A stretch of DNA of 63,947 bases, the filler included, from Hyphochytrium catenoides (taxonomy: Eukaryota; Protista; Hyphochytriomycota), in the NCBI GenBank assembly GCA_900088475.1. It is 8 parts of 8 records of this genome, joined end to end, with 100 filler letters (N's around TTAATTAATTAA, not from the genome) between each part and the next. Parts side by side here need not be neighbours in the genome. Positions count along the whole stretch, not along the records: positions 25,316 to 44,888 come from FLMG01001615.1; positions 44,989 to 46,046 come from FLMG01000363.1; positions 46,147 to 48,618 come from FLMG01004000.1; 5 more parts are not named here. One strand, given 5' to 3'. The position numbers were made by a program, and so were the translations under genes. The stretch's first letter is position 1, and each line of letters begins with the position of its first letter. Below are positions 34,301-47,824 of this stretch, in pieces. The notes below the pieces were generated by a model that was given only the letters and a program-made list of their open reading frames with translations, had not been told where the DNA came from and made no database searches.

Positions 34301-35572
34301 TCTCTCTCTCTCTCTCTGTCTCTCTCTGTCTTTCCTACTCTCTGTCTCTCTGTCCCTGTCCCTACCTTCAGGAGAGCGGGATTGACGTCAGCGAAGCCGA
34401 CGTGGCGGTGGTGATGAAGCGGTACAATTGGAGTCCTCTTCCTAATGTTATCTATGCGCCCGCTGTCCTGCAGACGGTGAGCGCCAAGGATATTTTAACA
34501 GCAACGGCGCCCAACTCTACCATTCTCATACCATCCTCCCTCTAACTCTCTCGATCTCTCGCTCTCTCTCTCTCTCTCTTTCTCTCTCCTCTTTGTCTTT
34601 CTGCTTTGTGGGAGTAGCTGCTTGCCATGCTAGATGCCCCTGCTCATGGGCTTCTTTTTGAGAAACGTGAGGGGCCAGGCGGCACTTCTGCTTTTGACTC
34701 GTCATCAACTTCCCTCGAGGATGTGCTGACCAGCATTAGAGAGCAGGTAAGGGAACGCGATGTCCTCAGCCTCCTCTCCTTCCCTTTCTCCTTCTCTCTC
34801 TCTCTCTTGTCTTACCTCTCCCTTAATGCTTTCAGAGGTTCCGTAGCTTGCACCTCTGAGCTCTATTCAATCCTCTTCGGCGCACTCTTCTTTCGCCTCG
34901 CAGATCGGCTCCCCTTCTGTCTGCCCTAATTCTGTCTATCATAATCTTTTACAGTCCTCTATCTGGTTTAGCATCTTAACAGTTAACATTGAGTAGTACT
35001 TACTGTCACATCTCTTCTCTGTGTGTGTCTCTCTCTTTTTTCTCTCTCTTCTTTCTCTCTCTCTCTCTCTCTCTCTCTTTTGACAGTTAAGCCGCCTCGT
35101 TCCTCTTGAGAGCGTTAAGAGCAGTCTGCGAGACGTGCTGCGGAAGAGAGATCCTGAGGCCAATGGAATGGTTTCAACAGCGTCCTTTGCAGGTGCCCTG
35201 GAAGAGTTAGGGATAGTGCTCACTGCAGCTGAGGTGTGGTTAAAGGAAGACTTTGCTTCTCTCTCTCTCATCCGCGCTCTCCTGAGCTATCCGTATTTAC
35301 TTAGATTCTTACCACCAAAAAGCATATTGTGCCTCTCTCCAGCTCTCTTTTATCTGGTTTCTCTCTTCCAGTCTCTCTCTCTCTCTCTCCTTCTCTCTCT
35401 CTATCTTTCTCTTCCTCGCCCTTCTTCCCTCCCTGCCTGCGCTCTTATCCGATCTCCTTATGCCTGAGCCCTTCATCTCTTTCACTCTCTCTAGCTGCGC
35501 TGTCTCTCGAACCGCTTCGATCCTCGAGCTGTTGGGATGGTNNNNNNNNNNNNNNNNNNNNNNNNNNNNNNN

Positions 35573-35608
<36 letters not shown>

Positions 35609-36225
35609 GTCAGTTGCCGAGGAAGATTCGCTCGTCCAAAAAGGGAGGGAGAGGAGAAGAAGTATTGTTATGTTGACGAGAAAGAGAAAGTGGAGTTGGA
35701 AAGACGTCTGCGCATGGCGCTGGGAAGAAGAGAGAAGAAGGACGTTCATTGAGGAAGAGAAATAGAGCAGGAGAGGTAGCCTACTTCTCCGCCTTCTTTA
35801 TCGCACGATATCTCTCTCTCTACCTCCTCTCTCTCTCTCTTAACCACTGTCGCAAACGTAGGCCTCTGAAGGAAGCGCTGGGCGATGTCGGGGAAGTGGT
35901 GGCCGAAAGNNNNNNNNNNNNNNNNNNNNNNNNNNNNNNNNNNNNNNNNNGTAGAGAGGGGTCACATCGAGAGATAAGGCAACAGAAGAGAAAGGGAGAG
36001 GCAAAGAAGGAAGAGAGACAAGACTAGGGCATTGAATAGACCAAAGTGAGGCAAGGTGAGAGAGAAAGTCACCAAAAAAGACGGGGAAGTTCTCACTCTC
36101 GCTTTTCAGCTTGGCGTCCATCTGAAGTCCACAGAACTTCATCTGCTGCTGGACTGTCTAGACCATGACGGGAATGGATGGATAGACTACAATGAGTTCC
36201 TGGACTTTCTCATGGAGCAGGTCAG

Positions 36226-36268
<43 letters not shown>

Positions 36269-38262
36269 CCCGCCAATTGCCAGTGGCAACCTCTATCTTT
36301 TCTACTGTCCTCTGCTTGCTTTCCTTGTGGTCAACCATGCCAAGAGCCATCTTCTTCTCTCCACAGTTCGTTTTAAGTTATCAACTTCTGACACCTTGTG
36401 ACACCTTGCCATAACTCTCTCTCTCCTGTCTCGGTTGCCTTCTCTCTCCTTCTCTCTTTCTCTGTCTCCCTTATATGTCTCTCTTTCGTTCTCGCTCTGC
36501 CCTTCTCTTGTTCTTCTTTTCTCATGACCTCTCTCCCTCGCTCTCTCTCTCTGCTGTTTTCTTCTGTCGTCACTCCATCTCCTCTTGCAGATTCCTCAGA
36601 AAAGCTCCAAGCTCCGCACGCGCTTCTCAGAAGGTGAAGGCAAAGATCTCCACTCACTGGGCAACACCACCGTTAAAGTCCTAAGGGATCTCTTCGGAGA
36701 AGAGACGTCCTATCGTGAGCTGGAAGAAGTGTTTAGCAGGCTGGACAAGGACGAGAGCGGCTTTATCACGAGACAGGAGCTCCGGGAGCTGTTAGTGGAG
36801 ATGGGAGACGGGCAGATGCCGCTGGAGAGAGAAGAGATGAACAAGCTCTTCAATAAGTTTGACACGGTAGGCTGCCAAGAGCTAGCTCTGGTCTCTCCTC
36901 CCGTCCACACTTGAGCTTCTCGCTTGTCCTGGCCCTTAGGCTTATCTCTCTCTCTCTCTCTCTGTATGCTTCTTCTACAAGCTGTGTCTCTCCTTCTCAC
37001 TCACTCCTGAACCACAATAATTCACTCTCTCTTGCACTGTCCTCTCGCCTTTCGCAACGATTTTGGCGCCCTCACTTCTGTCTCAATTGGTCAGATTTGC
37101 TTCTTCTTACTCTCCTCTTCCTAACTCTTTCTCTCTCGCTCTCTTCTCTTTCTCCCTCTCTCTTTCTATCTTTTCGACATCTTTTGTTTTTGGCGCTCTC
37201 TCACGGCTCTCACGCTTATCGTGCACAGAATGGCGATAATCGAATTCATTATTCCGAGTTCATCCGCTTCATCAAGGCAAAAGAAGTCAACAAAGGACGA
37301 GAGGGAGAGGGCTCTCCAAAGCAGAGAAGAGAAGCTTCAAAGGGGAGAGACGACGATGACGAGGAGGAAGAAGAGGAGGACGAGGAGAGAACCATCAAGA
37401 GGAAGAATCTAAAGACGAGATCTACCTCTTCCAAGAGAAAGACCAAGAAAGAAGACGAATCAGACAGCGACAGTTCGTCTCATCTCATCCCGGTAGAGGA
37501 GCTTCTGAGGAGAAAGGTACATGATCTGTCCTTGCGAGGTAAGCGGGCACACGAGAGGAAGTAGAGAAATCGACCAGAGAGGGAGAGAGAGAGGTGACAG
37601 AGGCCGCGGGCAGGCTAGAGGAAAGAGGCCGTGGCGATACTAAGGAGACTGACATGGGAAGTTAGAATATATAGAAGAAGAGAAAGGGAGAGGAGACCAG
37701 AGAGAGAGAGAGAGAGAGTGGAAGGCAAAGCCCCTCGCAGCTCTGTCTCTTGCTGGCCCCTATCTTCGGCCACCTCAAGTCAAACGTCTCTCCTTCGCTG
37801 TGCTAGATTTACGGAATGTCTTTCGAGAGTACGACGTGGACATGTCGAAGCGGTTGGATGGCGCTGAGTTCCGACAGGCGCTGAAGAAGCTGCTAGGGAA
37901 GAGCTACCGAGACCACCAAGTGCGGTACCTGATGACGAAGTTTGATGATAACAGGTCCGGAAGCATTACATCTCTCTTCTTCTCTCCCTTCCTCTGTCTC
38001 CCACTCTCTCTCTTCTTGCCATGGTGTGTCACCGTCCCTCTTGCCTCTTATCGCTCTACATCCTTCCTGCTCGCACTCTCTTGTTTCCAAGCTACTCTCT
38101 CTGCTTTTATTCTTCCTGATCGCGCAAGAGCCTTCAAGGCACAAGAGGGAGGATTGCTGTCTCATTCCTTGGTCTCTCTCTCGTTTCTCTCTCTTTCGCT
38201 GTCTTCCTCCTTCTAACCCAGCTCCTCCAACTGTTTGTGTATCGTTCTCCGTCGCTTCTCAT

Positions 38263-38335
<73 letters not shown>

Positions 38336-41312
38336 CCTCTCTTTGTCCCTGCTCTTCAGAAGCGGGCAGATAGATTATGAAGAGTTCATCAAATACCTTA
38401 CTAGAGGCAAGAAGGGTCACTCCAGCAAGGAGCGAGGAGAAATAAGCGACGAAGGCGACCAAGACGAAGAGGAAGAACAGCTAAAACTACGCTCACGACC
38501 AAAGACTCGAACAGACTCCGGCCAAGGAAGAAAGAAGAGCAAAAGTCAAAGCAGAAGTAGAAGTCGCAGCGGCGGCAGCCGCAGTCGGTCTGAGGCTTCT
38601 CGAAGAGGAGACAGGAGTCCTTCCCCGAAGAGCAAGAAGAAGAGTAGCCACGCCAAGGCCGGAAAAGAAAGAAAGAGCGAAGAGAAGAGAGAACGCTCTC
38701 CCACTTCTTCCGATAGCAAGAAGCTTTATGACGCTGTCATCAGCTACCTAGTGCCAGAGGAAGAGGTAGGCCTAACATTGGTTAGACGGGTGCAAGACAA
38801 GAACCATTGTCAAAGAAAGGAAGAGACATAGAACATCTCCAATGAGGAAGGAGATAGGGCAGAGCGGACGCAATAGAGTTGAGAGATAAGGGAGAGAAGC
38901 TTTACTGAGAATATGAGTGGTTGAGAAAGAGAGAGAGAGACACGGACTATGTACCTTGACTATTATTGCGCATACTAACTAAGGAGCCTCTGCCTTAGCT
39001 GGAGAACTCTGACAAAGATCTGACGCGGGCGCTGTTCAAAAGGTTCCAGCTTATGGATAATGACAGCAAAGGTACTGCCAGACTGCCACGGCCCACGAAG
39101 TCTCTCACTCTTTCTTGTCTCCCCTCTCTCTCTCGCGCGCGCTTTCTCTTGCCTTTCGCACTCCATCTCTCTTGTTCTCCTCTCCTCAGTAGTCTCTCTC
39201 TCTCTCTCTGCCTCTGTATGCTTGTCTCTCTCTGCCTCTGTATGCTTGTCTCTCTCTTCATCAACCTCTATTGACATTGCTCACATTTTCTTGTCTTTCC
39301 AAGGCTACATTGACAGTGAAGACATCAAGGAATATCTTCGGTCAGAGGGCTTCTCTCCAAAGAAAGAGCAGGTATTGCGCTGGCTTATGAGCCGTTTCCA
39401 TGGCTGTCGCCTTCATGCCCAAAACCTTCCAGTGCATAGTCCTATCTCTCTCTTCCTCGCTCCAATGTCTCCCTTTTGGTTCTAAGTACTCGCCAACTTC
39501 TTGCTCTCTGTCCCTCTGTTTCTCTCCTCTCCTCTAATCCTACTTCTTTCTTCTCGACAGACGCGCAACGTAATGACAAAGCTTTGCGGAAGTGACGAGA
39601 GCGACCCTGAGCTTCGATTCAACCGCATTTGTCAGCTGGCGAAGGAGCTGCAGACAAGCGAAGGTCATAAGAGGAACCAGGAAGATGAGCAAGAGCCCGA
39701 GCTGGACGGACTAACGCCTAGGAGAGAGAGAAAGAAGGGAAGTCTGAATGGCCAGAAGGGAAAGAGAACCTCCAAGAAGACATCGTCTTCTGTTCGTAAG
39801 AAGAAAGATGAAGATGAGGAAGAAAGCGAGAATGGCTCTTCAGATAGTGAAGAGGAAGAAGACAGGGACGACAGAGCATCTCGCACTAGGAAGAAGGTGG
39901 CAGGACCCACGGAAGAGACACTTCAGGCGCTGAAGGAATGCCTCCTCGACGAGTATAGCGCTTTCGAGGCCTTTGACTCCTTTGACAGGTGAGAGCCGAT
40001 GGTGGGGACTGCCTTGGCAAAGAGGGAGAGAAAAGAGCTAGAAGAAAAAGGATGAGAGACGACAACAATCGAACAAGAAGCGAAGAGACGCAGTGCACGT
40101 GCTAGCTTCATAGGGAGAGAGAAGGGAGGTAAAGGGAGGGTTCTGTACGGGAGGAGAAGGACCAGCCATGCCATGTTGGCCGAGGGGAGAGGCTGAAGCA
40201 GGTGAATGGGTTTGATTGAGGGGACAATCAGGCCCTTCCGTGGGTATCGTAAGAAAAACATTATTCTTGATGCTGACAGCACATTCTGCAGCTCTGGGGA
40301 GGGAGAGATAAGCCTGGACGAGCTTAAGAAGGCGCTACGGGCGCGAGGCTTCAAGGCGCTGACTAGCCAGCAGATCATGGAGATTGGCAAGAAGATGGGA
40401 GGCACGACTGACGGAAAGAAGAGTCTCTCTCTTACAAGGCCCAACTTTATACTTTGGCTTAAACCCATGGACCGCAATCAGTGAGAGAGCATGTTCTCCC
40501 TTTACTAACTCAACGGGACACTGATTCTCCCTTCTATTCATACATCTATTACTCTTTCTCTCTGTCTGTCTGTCTGTCAGTCTGTCTGTCTGTCTCTCTC
40601 TGTCTGTCTCTCTCTCCCTCTCTCCTTAATTTGTTCTAATCTCTCCTTATTCACCCCTCGGTCTCTTTCTCTCTCTCGCTTTATTGTCCTCTTCGTGCAT
40701 GTCACTCTCCTGTCTCTCTCGCTCTCTCTCTGTGTGTGTCTCTCTCTCGCTTTCTGTCTTTCTGTCCCTCTCTCTCTTTTCTTCCTTTCTCTCTCTTCCT
40801 CTTCCCCTACCCCATGGCACGAGCTTTATCCTCTAAATTTGATCCTGTTGTAGGAAGAAAATATTGAATCAGATCATCGATGAGGTGTATAAGAAGTCTA
40901 GAGGCGGAGGTGGAGCGACCAACGTCAAGAAGACTTTCAATAAGTTTGATGTGGACAAGAACGGGAGACTCGACAAGAAAGAGTTCAGGGCCGCACTGAG
41001 GAAGCTCTCTATTACTGTCACTGACAAGGTACAGAGAACAGAAGCGTTTGTCCTTTCAGTGAGCGTTTCTGCTTTTTGAAAAGCTCTTCCTGGCGGTACT
41101 ATGGCATAGTACCTTTCCTTCTCCTCTTTCCGTGAGGGTCTGTGGCCTTCTTCTCTCCCTGTCTCTCGCTCTCTTCAGGCTCACAGAGGACTCACATCTC
41201 CCCGTGATCATAGGACCTGGATCAAATCTTGCGATACTTTGACGAGAACGGCGATGGGATGTTCAGTTATATAGAGTTCTGCGACTTCCTCACCGCCAAG
41301 AGAAGGAGTTAG
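31336..41312 (+). CDS. Large multi-EF-hand calcium-binding protein (>=22 exons, >=~1500 aa) with charged disordered linkers
   Basis: Phase-consistent GT-AG exons: 31336-32500, 32819-32934, 33039-33266, 33429-33637, 33815-33836, 33934-34011, 34372-34476, 34618-34746, 35087-35233, 35495-(gap), 35861-(gap), 36110-36220, 36591-36866, 37229-37538, 37807-37954, 38360-38765, 38999-39071, 39304-39371, 39561-39988, 40292-40480, 40854-41028, 41214-41312. Loops: DHDGNGWIDYNE, DKDESGFITRQE, DTNGDNRIHYSE, DVDMSKRLDGAE, DDNRSGQIDYEE, DNDSKGYIDSED, DSSGEGEISLDE, DVDKNGRLDKKE, DENGDGMFSYIE. Continuity across the two N gaps is unverified. Confidence 0.88.
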
Positions 41313-43159
41313 GACGGCTCAGGCCGTCAGTTTAGCATTAGATTTGAGCGCATGGAGCCTTACCCTAGAGCTTCTATGGAGAGCTTTGGTTAACTGAAGG
41401 CTATCTGTATAGAGTTGTATAGAGAACTATCTATTTGCCATCCACCATGAGCATACCGCTGTGCCTCCATCTAAGCTACTTCGGCTTCTCGTGGCGCTTC
41501 TGATCTCTGCTTCCCAACACTATCTTCATCTTGACTAACGAGCTCAGAGGGTGTTACATGTCACGCAACAACGAGCAGGCCGAAGCGATCACCTTGCTGA
41601 CTTCTATTCCTCTGGCGCCGATGAGGTCTTTGCTCTAGAGCTGCAGAAACCTTATTTATGACAAGCCTCAGACTCATGAAGAAAAAACCCGCTGAAAGAT
41701 GCCATACATTAAGTGTTACCACGAGAAGAGTGCAGTGGAGAGCCCATCGGACATGCTCTGCTACTCTTGTGGCAGAAGATATGAAACCTTTAACCTACCC
41801 CACATGTGTGAGAGCGCTTCCACGATAATGTGGAGCTAGTGCGTGGCAATGGAGAGACAGGGTGGAGCACGATGAAGAGCAGTGATTGCTGACGCGGCCT
41901 AAGACGAAGGGTTGAAGGATATGGACAGCAATGGTACTAGGAATGCAGCCACTCAAAAGTGCGCCTGCATCAGCCTCAGTGAGTCAAGTCTGCTTTTGCA
42001 AGTGGACAGACAGACAGTGCGAGTCATCCAGCGTTTAAAGGAAGATGGAGGAGAACAACTAAGACAATGAGATGGAGCAATCAGTGACACACGGAATGCA
42101 ACTCCAAAGAAAGGCCAGCAGCAGCACTTTCAGCATTTTGACCAACTCTGAGGACTACTTTCTGTCAAGTGATGTGCCAAAGCTTGCAGGTCTCCTGCCG
42201 CTGCAGCTTCAAGCACCACGAGAAATGCAATGGAGCAACACTTCTTCATTATTCGAGAAAGAAGTAAGGACGAGCATCTTCCTCTCAAGCTAGAGCAACC
42301 TAACCTCAACGACCGACTTCTCTTCAATCATTGCTTTGCTGTTCCTGCCAAGAACTGTACGCTTCTGGCTTGTAAGTGAGAGTGTGAACTGTATGGCTCT
42401 TGCTCTTGACAGCCATTCTAGGGAAGACTCTATGCAAGCGGGATGATAAGAACGCCGCATCACAGAGGCTGTCTGGGTGCCATGGTTGGGCAGCCTACCG
42501 GCTATATGAGGCGTCCTTTCTGTTGTCAGGGACCTTGCATTTGTAGGCCATCCAAGAGATGCCACTTCGTCTGCTCAGCGCGAAGTGCGGGAATTTCCCA
42601 CCGCGCCACCCGCGGCCCCGGGACTTTGAGATTTTTATCGCTGTATGTCAGGCTGAGGATCGGACATGCCGGCTCGGTAGCTTCAACAAGCAAGGGGAGC
42701 GTGGTCAGCAAGATGGACAACAGTGAAAGAAAAGTGCTGTGCTAGTTGATTTATATAGAAACTAGGAGTAGTAGAGAACAGAGAGAGAGGGAACAAGAGA
42801 GAGAGAGAGAGACAAACAAAAGAGAGAGAACGAGACAGAGTGAGTGGTGGAAGAAGAGAGGTAAAAGAAAAGAGAGAGAAAAAGAGAGAGAGCGACAAGA
42901 AAAAGAAGAGGAAAAAAAGAGAGAGAGAGAGAGAAAGAGAGAGGAAGAGAGAGAACGAGACAGTGTGAGTAAGACAAATATGCGGGGGGGCTACAAACAT
43001 AGTTCTACGTAACCCATGAGACAGAGTGAAAAAGAGAGAGAGAAGAATAGTCGGTTGACCTCCGTAGTCCTCAGAACAACAAAACCAGCTGGTGCGTGGT
43101 GGTCCCCCAACCTACACTTTTACAATACAGTCCCAAGGATGACCAAAACACTCTCTACA

Positions 43160-43920
43160 TGGACCACGACAGTGAAATCTCTACAAGGCTTCGTAGTGTA
43201 CCTTTCAATGGAAAGATCGTGTATTTTGAAAGCTCAGCCTGATATTTATCTATACTTTCATAGAGAATATTGCTTGAAGGTTTCTCGTCACTGTCCTTTC
43301 TTTGTGTGCAGGATAGGGGCTGGTGCTGTTCCGGTAGTGTCCGCTCTGTAGCCATCCTTTTGTACTGTTGGCTTGGCTTCCCTCCGATAACTGGTTGTAC
43401 GTACATCCTCACTTTAGCTAAACACCCGGATATAATAATAATAGGCTCCTCTTATTAGGGTGTAGACTTCCCGTTGTGACAAGGCAAAGTTCGCAGCCTC
43501 ACTCTCTTTCTCTCCTAAAAGCATCATTCTGTCTCTTTTTGTCTGTCTCGTCACACCGTCGCCTTAAAACCCTCAACTCCACGGGATTTTGGCTGTTCGC
43601 TTGAGGCGTCGGACAGCCAAAGGTACTCGATCGGTCGATTAGCATGCCGGTCAATCCTCAAGGCCACTCGCCTCGAGAGCTTTCTTAGACAAGCGATCTT
43701 TAAAGGGTCTCGCCGTCACGGCTGTCATCGCTTTCCCTTGCAAATCACGGCCAATGCGTCATTTCTTCCCGCCTTTGAGGGGTTTTCAAAGGAGGCAAGT
43801 AGTCTGTAGATCTGTGGGTTGAATGAAAGAACAGACTTTTGGCATAGAAAGAGAGACTAGTATTGCGACAGTGGCAAACAGAGTCACGCAATAGATATGC
43901 TTAACAAGACATAGAAAGCT
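43160..43920 (+). mobile_element. Possible fossil piggyBac-like transposase C-terminus
   Basis: Fragments MDHD..LQG..LSMERS(C) resemble the D-x-x-N..RQG..LS(M/I)ERxW region, and a downstream broken Cys/His cluster (C..ICG...YCD...ICLTRH, ~43805-43915) resembles the terminal Cys-rich domain; many lesions. Confidence 0.3.
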
Positions 43921-44851
43921 GAATATTACCTTTGGTTCCTGGTGGCAAGGAAGAGACAGATACCAGGAGAGATGAGACGTCTAGGTAGTGCCTGACAAAA
44001 TGCCATAATTTTCCATTTTCCCGGAAACACACAACTAAAAGTATAATTGGCTAAAAAAGCCACCCTTTCGAAGACCGAAACAGAGCCTAAGGTCCAAAGG
44101 GAGACTAGACGGCGAAGGTATTTAGTATTTGGTCAGCCATGCCAACCCATCTTTCGCCTTTCTAGGCGGAAGATCCACTGATCAGCTATTCGTACAAGCG
44201 CTATCAAGTGTAACATTTAGGAATTTAGAACGACGGAAGAGATAGAGTGAAGAAATCGGTGAATGCCCGAAGGTAAAATGATCCTGTTAGTGTTTTCTGT
44301 GTTTGCAAGATGTACCCCTAGATTCGTTCTCAAGCCTAGGTTGAAGTCTATCCATTGGTTATGTATGACCTAATTAGAACCCTTGCCAAGTTTTACCTAA
44401 AATAACTATGGCAGACCTTTTATTAGAGAAAGGCTGTTCTAAATCAGCCGATTTTCGTAGGAGTTCTGTAGGGCTGCGAGACAGGTCAATAGGAAGAGGG
44501 GAAAAGGCCAGACGAAAAGCTCCAGACGCACACATTCATTCTGAAAGGAAAATGTATAGTTAGTAATCCTATTATCTCTCAAACCCAGAATCGATTCTGT
44601 CTTGAGAGTCACAGTCTTTCACTGTGGACACCTTTGGATGTGTCCGATTTCTTGGAAGTTCGCCCCACCGAAGCGGCATATCTTTGGGGGAGCACCCCTA
44701 TATTACAAACAGCTTGCTGTGCGCAAAGGTTAAGGAATGGGTTGGTGATGGCTGGATCAGTAGTGCTAAGAGAGGAGGTAAAAGAGGGGAAGAAACGACG
44801 AGACAAAACCGAAGAAAAGGAAGAAAAGGAGAAAAGGAAGAGAGAGAAAGA

Positions 44852-44888
<37 letters not shown>

Positions 44889-45131
44889 NNNNNNNNNNNN
44901 NNNNNNNNNNNNNNNNNNNNNNNNNNNNNNNNTTAATTAATTAANNNNNNNNNNNNNNNNNNNNNNNNNNNNNNNNNNNNNNNNNNNNGAGAGAGAGAGA
45001 GAGAGAGCGAGAAAAGCTAAAGGAGAGAAACGTGCCAGAGGAGTGGGAAGTAAGAGGCATAGGGAACGTATAAAGAGCCAAGACCGTTCATCCTAAGGAA
45101 GACAATGTAGGAGACAGAGTGGTTCCCTCAC

Positions 45132-45966
45132 TCTCAAGAAAGGATTGTACGCTCTCTCTTCCTCTAACGTGGACGGCACGGTCGGCTCTCTCTCTTCTCG
45201 ACGCTGTACCGCCCACTCAAGCTTCTTTCTGAGCTCCTTGTTCTCTGGCTCGAGAGGTAGAGCGAAGCGCAGATTGCTGAGAGAATATCTGCGGCAAAGA
45301 GTGGAAGAGAGCGTAAGATAAGCTGCAGAGAAAACGAAGAGAGGCTTCTTAAAAAGCTCAAAGGGAACCAAGGAAGAGGATAGAAGAAGGGAAACGAGAG
45401 CGAGAGAGAGCGAGAGAGAGAGAGCGAGAGAGAGAGAAAGTTAAAACAGCAGGGGAGGAAACATCGGTAAGAGGAGTCAGACAAGAGTAAGACAAACTGA
45501 GGAGGCAAAGAAAAGCTTCCTAGGGCTTTCAAAAGGGCCAACGAAGAAAATAGGAGAGAGAGAGAGAAAGAGAGAGAAGGAGAGACGCATCGTCTCCAGC
45601 GAGAGCATTACTCATGTCCACAATAGATCCTTGTCTGGGGCGGTAGAAGGTTGATGCTTTTGAAAAGAGAGCTGTACATCTCTTCCGCGCCGCCCTCAAA
45701 AAATCGCCCTAGGAAATAGTCCGCAAACATTGTCTGAGCCTTAGCTTTCATTTATGAAAAGGAGAGAGAGAGAGANNNNNNNNNNNNNNNNNNNNNNNNN
45801 NNNNNNNNNNNNNNNNNNNNNNNNNNNNAGAGAGAGAGAGAGAGACCTACCGCAGCCAGCAAGAAAGAGTGTGTCCCCACAGAACAAAGCGCCAGCCCTC
45901 TCTCTCTCTCGTTGTTCTCCCTTCTCCAGTGGCGAGGAAGACGTGACATAGTAGGAGAGATGGCCG
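45132..45966 (-). CDS. HAGH: Hydroxyacylglutathione hydrolase (glyoxalase II), partial
   Basis: Exons 45966-45851, 45708-45612 and 45288-~45132 give GHLSYYV...[24 protein letters not shown]...TRIYCGHEYSLSNLRFA..EPEN...PTVPSTLEEERAYNPFLR. N-terminus lost in a gap; a possible last exon lies at ~44717-44609. Confidence 0.93.
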
Positions 45967-47109
45967 CTAGAGAAGAGAACATAAGAACTTAGCTTTGAGA
46001 GAGCAGAACCGGTGTCAATGCTGAAGAGCTGAGGATAAGAGAGGGANNNNNNNNNNNNNNNNNNNNNNNNNNNNNNNNNNNNNNNNNNNNTTAATTAATT
46101 AANNNNNNNNNNNNNNNNNNNNNNNNNNNNNNNNNNNNNNNNNNNNTCTCTCTCTCTCTCTCTCTCTCCCTCCCTCCTCTTTCTCTCTCTCTCTCTCTCT
46201 CTCTCCTGCATCATCATCGTTCCCTTTGGACGGTCTCAAGCAGACTTAGGGAAGAAAGAAAGAAAGAATGATGCTTGACGGGCTGCTCCTGGTGCTCCTT
46301 TTCGAAGTGTCGTTGCTTGATCTGTGCAGATAATAAACTCGCGTCTCTCCTCCTTTGGCGTCCGCAGATATCAGCCTCTCCTTTTACTATCTCTCTCCAC
46401 ACTCTATTCTTTCATTTCTTTCTCTCTTGTTCTCTCCTTTCCCTTTCTTCTTTCTTGTCTTTTCTTTGTCCATTCTCTACTGTCTCTCTTCTCTCTCTTC
46501 TCTCTCTCTTTATTGTCTTCTCCCTCTACTTTGTCTTTGAAAAGACAGAGAGCGACGAGTCTTCAGAGGGAACAGAAAGCGAGGAATAAGCTCTAACTGT
46601 GCACTAAGAAGAGACACAGCACGAGAGAGGAATAAGGAGAAAGAAGAGATGATGCAAGAGAGAAGGCCTCTAATCCTTCCATTATTTCATTGAAAAGCTC
46701 CGCCGAAGAAGAGACAGCGGCTCAATGGGAGAGGAGAAGACCTGAAGAAGAAGAAGAAAGTGCAGCAGGTGAAGCGTCTCGACGACGCTGGAAGAAGAGT
46801 CTCTCCCTTCCTCATCAGACGTCAAATGATGCCAAACTTTCTTTTCTAGACGCCAACGGTCACTCCCTCCCTAGACAGTCATAGAATCTCTCAATTTCTC
46901 TTAGGCTGGCTTCTATCTCTCTCTCTTTCTTCTCTCTCTCTCTCCATTCATAGGCTGAAGGAAAAGAAGAAGCTAATCCTATAAAGGAAGAACAAACAGA
47001 AAGAAAAAGGGAAGAACAGAGGAGAGGGAAAGAAACGATGCAGGCGCGAAAAAGGAGGAAGAGGTGATCTCTCGAACAAGAGTGAGTGATAGAGAGAGAG
47101 AGAACGAGA

Positions 47110-47181
<72 letters not shown>

Positions 47182-47201
47182 CGTACAGGAAGAGACTCGG
47201 A

Positions 47202-47560
47202 TCAATCTAATAGTTCCTTAACCTTAGCATGGGTCCAGAAGGTCACGGCAGCGCTGGGGATGCCTCTAAAGAAAGCTGCCTGCCAACCTCTAAATAGTCT
47301 TAACACTCCGTATTCCCTAACAATACTACGGGCAGAGAGAGAGAAAGACGTGTACTTTCTCTCTTTGTCTGTCTGAATGATAGTCTTGACGGTGTCGAAA
47401 GGAAGAGCCCACAGCCAGAAGCCGACGCCACCTATGGCACCCGAAAGGAGAAGAGAGAAAGAAGAAGGTCGAGACAGATCCTCTCCCCTGATGCGACATA
47501 GATCTACATATGAAGAGGGAGAGATTGAGGGGAGACAGAACGAGAAGAGAGAAACGGACA

Positions 47561-47621
<61 letters not shown>

Positions 47622-47783
47622 GAAAGAGAGTCAGTACAGAATTAGGGGAGATCAGAGTTAGGGAACACTGTAAGTAAGGTTTCCACTTCTAGGATGGCAG
47701 TTTGGGATGAAAAAGGAGAGGGGAAGGGCCAAGGGACAGAGAAAGAGTACCAGGCTCCGAGGGAGAGGATAGTCAACACAGAG

Positions 47784-47824
<41 letters not shown>

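Noticed and set aside
35750-35752. Apparent in-frame TGA (recoding/selenocysteine) in the EF-hand gene
   Set aside because: The segment 35573-35860 resembles the GA-rich introns and follows an N gap, so it is probably intronic. TGA is a normal stop at 47202-47204 and 49989-49991. cDNA would settle it.
44720-44735. AAAGGTTAA as a piggyBac right end with TTAA target site
   Set aside because: No matching left end was found; on the minus strand it reads as branch point CTTAAC before acceptor CACAG.
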